From Candidatus Obscuribacterales bacterium (GTDB lineage: Bacteria > Cyanobacteriota > Vampirovibrionia > Obscuribacterales > Obscuribacteraceae): a stretch of DNA of 64,000 bases. The stretch covers positions 2,208,001 to 2,272,000 of the forward strand of contig CBDDIJ010000002.1 in assembly GCA_965228855.1 (NCBI GenBank), given 5' to 3'. The first letter of the stretch is position 1. Each line of letters starts with the position of its first letter. Positions 59,098-64,000 of this stretch are shown in pieces. The notes beneath the pieces were generated by a model. The model did no database searches. It worked only from the letters and a program-made list of their open reading frames with translations, and was not told where the DNA came from. The translations under genes were made by a program, and so were the position numbers.

Positions 59098-59982
59098 ATG
59101 ACGAATAATGGCGCGGTTTCCTGGAAAAACCTGACGCATATGGGATTAATAGTCTCGACTATATTTCTGGGTTCCGCAATGAGCGCAAATGCTCAGGAGC
59201 AGGGATGGGCTCTCACCCAACGCAGCACGCAGATGGGCGACCTCTACACCTATGTCTCGCCCAATGGCTTGAAGTGGACGGTTCCTAAGATTGGTGCGAA
59301 CATTGCGACTCAGGGACCGGGTTGGAATGTCTCCATGTACAACGATAAGACAAAGTCGTTCTACACGACAACGTTCCAACAGTGGCAGCAAACCATTATG
59401 CGTAAAGATCAACGCTCGCTTGAAATGAGACAGCGCCCGTGGAGTAAGGCTGGAAGCGGAAGTGTCGCAGGATTGAAGGCGACGAAATATGTAATGCAGA
59501 ATTCGGCACCAGTTGCCGGTCGCAGAAGTTTAAACGCCGTAGCGGCAGCCGAGTGCTGGGTAGCCGATGATATTACGGTGCCGGCGGCAGTGGCTGATAT
59601 GCTTGCCAACACTTACGGAATGCCGAAGACGAAGTATTTCCCGCTCCGGATTTCTTATACTGGAACGGACGGCAAGCCGGGCATCGCTCTAGACACATAC
59701 AGAGCGGAAGCTCGCGCTATGCCGGCAAACGCCTTCGCTTCTCCTCAAGGGTATAAGCTGGTTGCCAGCCAGGCTGAAGTATTTATGGATGATGAAACAC
59801 AGCAGATGATGAACGATATGGCGTCAGAAATGGGCCTGGACGCACCGCGCCGTCCCCAGCAGCGGCCCGCGATGACGACGCAAGCCGCACCAAGGGGCAT
59901 GGGGGTGCGCCATGACGCGCCGCCGGCGCAGGGCAATAATGACCTTTCGAAAATGCTTGATGCGCTGAAAGGCGGTAAATAG
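59098..59982 (+). CDS. Secreted hypothetical protein (DUF4412-like)
   Basis: Signal peptide ending ANA; VAGLKATKY..WVA..G.P..FPL..F..P.GYK pattern. Confidence 0.65.
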   Translation: MTNNGAVSWKNLTHMGLIVSTIFLGSAMSANAQEQGWALTQRSTQMGDLYTYVSPNGLKWTVPKIGANIATQGPGWNVSMYNDKTKSFYTTTFQQWQQTIMRKDQRSLEMRQRPWSKAGSGSVAGLKATKYVMQNSAPVAGRRSLNAVAAAECWVADDITVPAAVADMLANTYGMPKTKYFPLRISYTGTDGKPGIALDTYRAEARAMPANAFASPQGYKLVASQAEVFMDDETQQMMNDMASEMGLDAPRRPQQRPAMTTQAAPRGMGVRHDAPPAQGNNDLSKMLDALKGGK

Positions 59983-60115
59983 GCAAGAGACCGTTTTTAC
60001 ACTGAAGCAGTAAAAATATGAAGGTGCGTGGAATAACTTGATTTGGACGGCCCGGCGGCCGATAAATCGGACAAGTGGAATCAGTCGGAGGCGCCTCCCA
60101 GAGGATTAAGCAGCG

Positions 60116-62374
60116 GTGCTAGACGCCAATTTTCGGTTCAACCTCAAAATCGTTCACAAGGGAGCCATTCTGGTCCTTGTGCCTTTGCTTTTCGAGTTGG
60201 TGTTTTTGGCGGTTTTGACGGAACTGTTGCACCGAGCTGAAGTTGAAGTTCAGCGTCAGGTTCGTTCCAAAGCGATTATTTCGCAGGCGAACACTCTGTC
60301 GAAATTGTTCTACGACGCCGGTGTCGCGATGGGCGGATATTCAATCACGAAGAGCCCGTTGTTCTCCGATCGTTATGACAAAATCGTCAGACAAATTCCT
60401 CAGGATCTGGCTGAATTGAAAAAGCTGGTTGGTGATAATCCGAAACAGCAAACAATTCTGGAGAACCTGCAGAAAATCACAGTCACTGGTTTGAAAATTC
60501 TCGGTGAAGCCAAGGCTGCCATCGACGATAACCGTGTCGACGTTGCACAGTTCCGAGCGCGACACATGTACAAGGAAATCCGTTCGCTAGCCGATAAATT
60601 GCAAGATGAGCTACGCGGATTGACCGAGGATGAACGCCGAATCGAGGCGGAGAGCCCGGAGAAACAAAACCGATCCAGGACGATTTTGAAATTGTTTCTC
60701 GTCGCCGGCGTAGTTTTCAACATATTGATAGCGTTTGTCTTGCTCTGGTTCTTCACTCGAAGTATCAAAAACCGGCTTGACGTGATGACTGACAACTCGT
60801 TTAGGCTGGCTCGTGGTCAGGCTCTCAATCCTCCCGTCGGAGGCGGTGACGAAATTTCTCACCTCGACGGGGTTTTCCACAGTATGGCTGACGCTCTGAT
60901 GGAAGCCGCACGCAAAGAGCGTGCCGTCATCGATAACGCAGTCGACGTTATCTGTTCGATTGACATGGACGGTAAATTCGTTGCTTGCAACCCGGCTTGT
61001 TATGAGAATTGGCAATACAGTCAGGAAGAGCTTCTCGGCAAGCGCTTCATCGAAATTATTGCGCCCCAAGATATTTCTGAAACCATTAAATCAGTGCGCG
61101 CTGTTCGTGCCGAAAAAGGCAACATGCAGTTTGATAACCGTGTTCGTAGAAAAGACGGTACGGAAATTTCAGTTTCATGGTCAGCTTATTGGTCGGAAAA
61201 AGAACGTGCAATGTTCTGCGTGGCTCATGATATTACCGAGCGAAAACTGGCTGAAGAAGCTATTCGCGCATCTGAGCAAAGAATCAGAACGATTATCAAC
61301 CACATGATTGTAGGTCTGGTTATCGTCAACCAGGACGGTTTCATCGAATCGATGAACCCCGCTGCTGAAGGCATTTTTGGATACAAAGCCGAAGAGATTG
61401 TCGGCAGGCATTTGCTTGCTCTGTTCGGCGACTCGAAGTTCTTCTCAGAGCATAATGAAAACGACACGATGGCGTTTATGGAAACGCTCTTCAACCAGGC
61501 GTTGAACCGCATCGGAGAATTCGATTGCATTAAGAAAAACGGCGAAGACTTCCCCGTTGAGTTGTCGCTGTCGGAGCTGAAGACGCACGAAGGCGAGCGT
61601 TATATGGCGAACGTTCTCGACGTTTCTGAAAGAAGGGAAGTCGAGCGCCTCAAGAAAGAATTCGTTTCAACCGTTTCACACGAGTTGCGTACTCCGCTGA
61701 CGTCTATTCGTGGATCGCTGACACTATTGTCGGTAGGTGCGATGGGCAAACTGCCTGACCAGGCGCAGAAGGTCGTAGGTATTGCAGAGCGAAACACTAT
61801 TCGTTTGATCGGGCTTATCAACGACATCCTTGATATTGAAAAACTGGAAGCTGGAAAGCTCGACATGGTTTTCGACAATTCGCCAATGATGGATATCCTG
61901 GAGCGCTCGGAACAGTCTGTTCAAACCTTTGCCGCCAATAACGGTGTCAAGCTTGAAATAATGCCGTCCGACGCAGTCGTTTATGCTGATGGAGACCGAA
62001 TTGTTCAGGTCATCGTCAACCTGTTGTCTAACGCAATCAAGTTCTCTCCGCGAGATGGCACCGTGACGGTCGTCACGGAAAACGCCGCCGGCTTCGTCCA
62101 GGTGCGAGTTATCGATAGAGGGCGCGGTATTCCTGAGAAATTCAAAAAACTTCTGTTCCAACGATTCCAGCAAGTGGAAGCATCCGACGCCAAGAAGAAA
62201 GGCGGTACAGGATTGGGTCTTGCGATTTGCAAAGGCATCATCGAGCAGCACGGCGGTCAGATAGGCGTGGAGTCCGAAGAGGGTAAAGGTTCGACATTCT
62301 GGTTCCGCATTCCGCCGGCAAGAACTGACTCGACTCTGGTCGTTACCGGTGCAAAAGATCAGATTGTTTCTTGA
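60116..62374 (+). CDS. Sensor histidine kinase (CHASE3-like, HAMP, 2 PAS, HisKA, HATPase)
   Basis: Two TMs, DEI..L...F HAMP, PAS ..DITERK, SHELRTPL, NLLSNAIKF, GGTGLGL. Confidence 0.95.
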   Translation: MLDANFRFNLKIVHKGAILVLVPLLFELVFLAVLTELLHRAEVEVQRQVRSKAIISQANTLSKLFYDAGVAMGGYSITKSPLFSDRYDKIVRQIPQDLAELKKLVGDNPKQQTILENLQKITVTGLKILGEAKAAIDDNRVDVAQFRARHMYKEIRSLADKLQDELRGLTEDERRIEAESPEKQNRSRTILKLFLVAGVVFNILIAFVLLWFFTRSIKNRLDVMTDNSFRLARGQALNPPVGGGDEISHLDGVFHSMADALMEAARKERAVIDNAVDVICSIDMDGKFVACNPACYENWQYSQEELLGKRFIEIIAPQDISETIKSVRAVRAEKGNMQFDNRVRRKDGTEISVSWSAYWSEKERAMFCVAHDITERKLAEEAIRASEQRIRTIINHMIVGLVIVNQDGFIESMNPAAEGIFGYKAEEIVGRHLLALFGDSKFFSEHNENDTMAFMETLFNQALNRIGEFDCIKKNGEDFPVELSLSELKTHEGERYMANVLDVSERREVERLKKEFVSTVSHELRTPLTSIRGSLTLLSVGAMGKLPDQAQKVVGIAERNTIRLIGLINDILDIEKLEAGKLDMVFDNSPMMDILERSEQSVQTFAANNGVKLEIMPSDAVVYADGDRIVQVIVNLLSNAIKFSPRDGTVTVVTENAAGFVQVRVIDRGRGIPEKFKKLLFQRFQQVEASDAKKKGGTGLGLAICKGIIEQHGGQIGVESEEGKGSTFWFRIPPARTDSTLVVTGAKDQIVS

Positions 62375-62577
62375 TGTCGAAACAACCTCAAATCTTTCTG
62401 CTTGCAATCGTGTAATTCACTTGCCATGGGGAATAAAAGGCTTATCTGAACGAAGACCTTGGCGGGTCTAAAGTGTTAAGATGTGCTCGGGCTCGGCGCT
62501 GACGGTTTTTCTTAAACCGCGGACAGAGCCGGTAGAACGGGGCGAGGCGCTGGCCTCGATGTGCAAGAAAGGGGACG

Positions 62578-62967
62578 ATGCCCGGGATGAAGGTTCTCAT
62601 AATTGATGATGAGGAGGACTTTCGCACGATCGCCTCGAGTTGTTTGGGGCTGCTCGGCGGCGCCGAAGTCGTGGAGGCATCGGACGGCGAGGAAGGTCTC
62701 AAGAAGGCGGAGAAAGAGCAGCCGGACGTTATTCTGCTGGACCTGGTGATGCCTGGAATGGATGGCACGCAGGTTCTCACTAATATGCGGAAGAATCCAG
62801 CGACCGTCGACATCCCTGTGATCTTCGTGACGACCAAGGGCATGTTCGACGGCTTCGATGAGATGAAGAAACTGGGCGCTCTGGCCGTAATTACAAAACC
62901 GTTTGATCCAGTTAAATTGGCCGATCAAGTGAAAAAGATAGTGGAAGATGCAAAAGCTGCAGGTTAG
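62578..62967 (+). CDS. Single-domain response regulator
   Basis: LIIDD, ILLDLVMPGMDG, KPF. Confidence 0.92.
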   Translation: MPGMKVLIIDDEEDFRTIASSCLGLLGGAEVVEASDGEEGLKKAEKEQPDVILLDLVMPGMDGTQVLTNMRKNPATVDIPVIFVTTKGMFDGFDEMKKLGALAVITKPFDPVKLADQVKKIVEDAKAAG

Positions 62968-63046
62968 TTGAGTCGGAGGTTTGGTTGGTCGCGTCCTGGC
63001 GGGCGGTTGTGTGAACGGTTGATCTGATACCCAAGAAAACGAGGGG

Positions 63047-63418
63047 ATGACAATGAGAGTACTCATCATCGACGATGAAGAAGATACGCGAGAAATTGCT
63101 AAAATGAGCTTGAGCTTGTTAGGCGGTCTCGACGTGATTGAGGCCGAAAACGGTGCTCACGGCATTGAAGTGGCTTCCAAAGAAAGACCAGATGTAATTT
63201 TGCTGGACATGATGATGCCCATCATGGACGGTCCATCAACGCTGGAAGCGCTGCGTACCAACGAAGCGACCCAGAATATTCCAGTCATTTTCTTGACTGC
63301 AAAAGCGATGACAACGGAGATTGAGAAGTTGAAACGCATGGGTGCAACCGGCGTTTTGACAAAGCCATTCGATCCGACCACGCTCGCCCAACAAGTCCAG
63401 GCAATTTTGGAGGCCTAA
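63047..63418 (+). CDS. Single-domain response regulator
   Basis: LIIDD, ILLDMMMPIMDG, FLTAK, KPF. Confidence 0.92.
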   Translation: MTMRVLIIDDEEDTREIAKMSLSLLGGLDVIEAENGAHGIEVASKERPDVILLDMMMPIMDGPSTLEALRTNEATQNIPVIFLTAKAMTTEIEKLKRMGATGVLTKPFDPTTLAQQVQAILEA

Positions 63419-63425
63419 CCGTCTG

Positions 63426-64000
63426 ATGCAGTCCTGGAAGGAGACCTTCGGGGAGCTAAAAGAAAAGTACCTCAAGAGATCGACCGAACGTTTGGCCGAA
63501 ATCCTCGAGATACTTGACGGTCTCTTTTCTAATCCTTCAGATGCAGAACTCATTCGCAGGCTGAGCCGCAACTTCCACTGGTTAGCCGGCTCCGGCTCAA
63601 TGTACGGATTTCAGGAAGTGTCTCAGCTCGGTGCTGAGGGTGAACAATACTGCGAATCGCTACTTCGTGGCGACGTTGTGCAGCAGCCCGCGGACGTTCA
63701 GAAGCTCAAGGCCCTGATCTCCGAGCTTTCATCGATTTTCTCGCGCGGTGATGGTGAAACGACGCCGCTGTCAGCTGCGCCGGCATCGAATGAAGAACCG
63801 CTTACGCGTCCGGCTGCCTATAACGAAGATGTAAGCGACAAGCCCGTCATTTTGATCATCGATGAGGACCAAAACAATCTCGCTGCGCTTACGCAAATGT
63901 GCGACGAGAATGGCATGGCTGTTCGTTCTTCTCGCAATATCGCTCAGGCGATGAGTGAATTGTCTCGGTCGATGCCGGACGGTTTGATCCTTGAGATTCC
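63426..64000 (+). CDS. Hpt domain + receiver-like protein, runs off the window edge (not in the ORF track)
   Basis: MQSWKETFGELKEKY...FHWLAGSGSMYGF (Hpt), then ILIIDED...PDGLILEI. Confidence 0.85.
   Translation, partial: MQSWKETFGELKEKYLKRSTERLAEILEILDGLFSNPSDAELIRRLSRNFHWLAGSGSMYGFQEVSQLGAEGEQYCESLLRGDVVQQPADVQKLKALISELSSIFSRGDGETTPLSAAPASNEEPLTRPAAYNEDVSDKPVILIIDEDQNNLAALTQMCDENGMAVRSSRNIAQAMSELSRSMPDGLILEI

Overview
A ~50% GC bacterial chromosomal window with no rRNA, CRISPR array, transposase or integrase visible. It mixes housekeeping genes (pyrG, gatC, polA, purA, holB, cbpA, rpmG-tRNA-Trp-secE-nusG-rplK-rplA, oppABC, a DEAD-box helicase) with many accessory genes: a higBA toxin-antitoxin pair at the left edge, four TPR proteins, three Tad/Flp-pilin-like proteins, a GH5 endoglucanase, a glucosaminidase-type murein hydrolase, a TPR-fused ATLF/PPEP-like metallopeptidase, and a PAS histidine kinase phosphorelay cluster at the right edge. 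The gene style suggests a non-photosynthetic cyanobacterial relative (Melainabacteria/Obscuribacterales-like); this is inference only. I found no single clearly novel multi-gene system. The best leads are: (1) a sigma70 promoter whose predicted +1 begins an intrinsic terminator ahead of the rpmG-secE-nusG-rplKA cluster; (2) a structured, SD-sequestering purA leader; (3) a tandem pair of small paralogues with flanking structured RNA candidates and a downstream CPBP gene in frame; (4) a PafA-like protein that has lost most active-site residues; (5) two distant paralogues defining a large Tad-like family; (6) a 1002-aa four-thioredoxin-fold protein with DPF repeats; and (7) several elements missed by the ORF track (36-aa lysine-rich protein, ACP-like remnant, L1-binding RNA site, operator arrays, frameshifted PhyH dioxygenase). 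All family calls are from motif recognition by eye; no searches were run.
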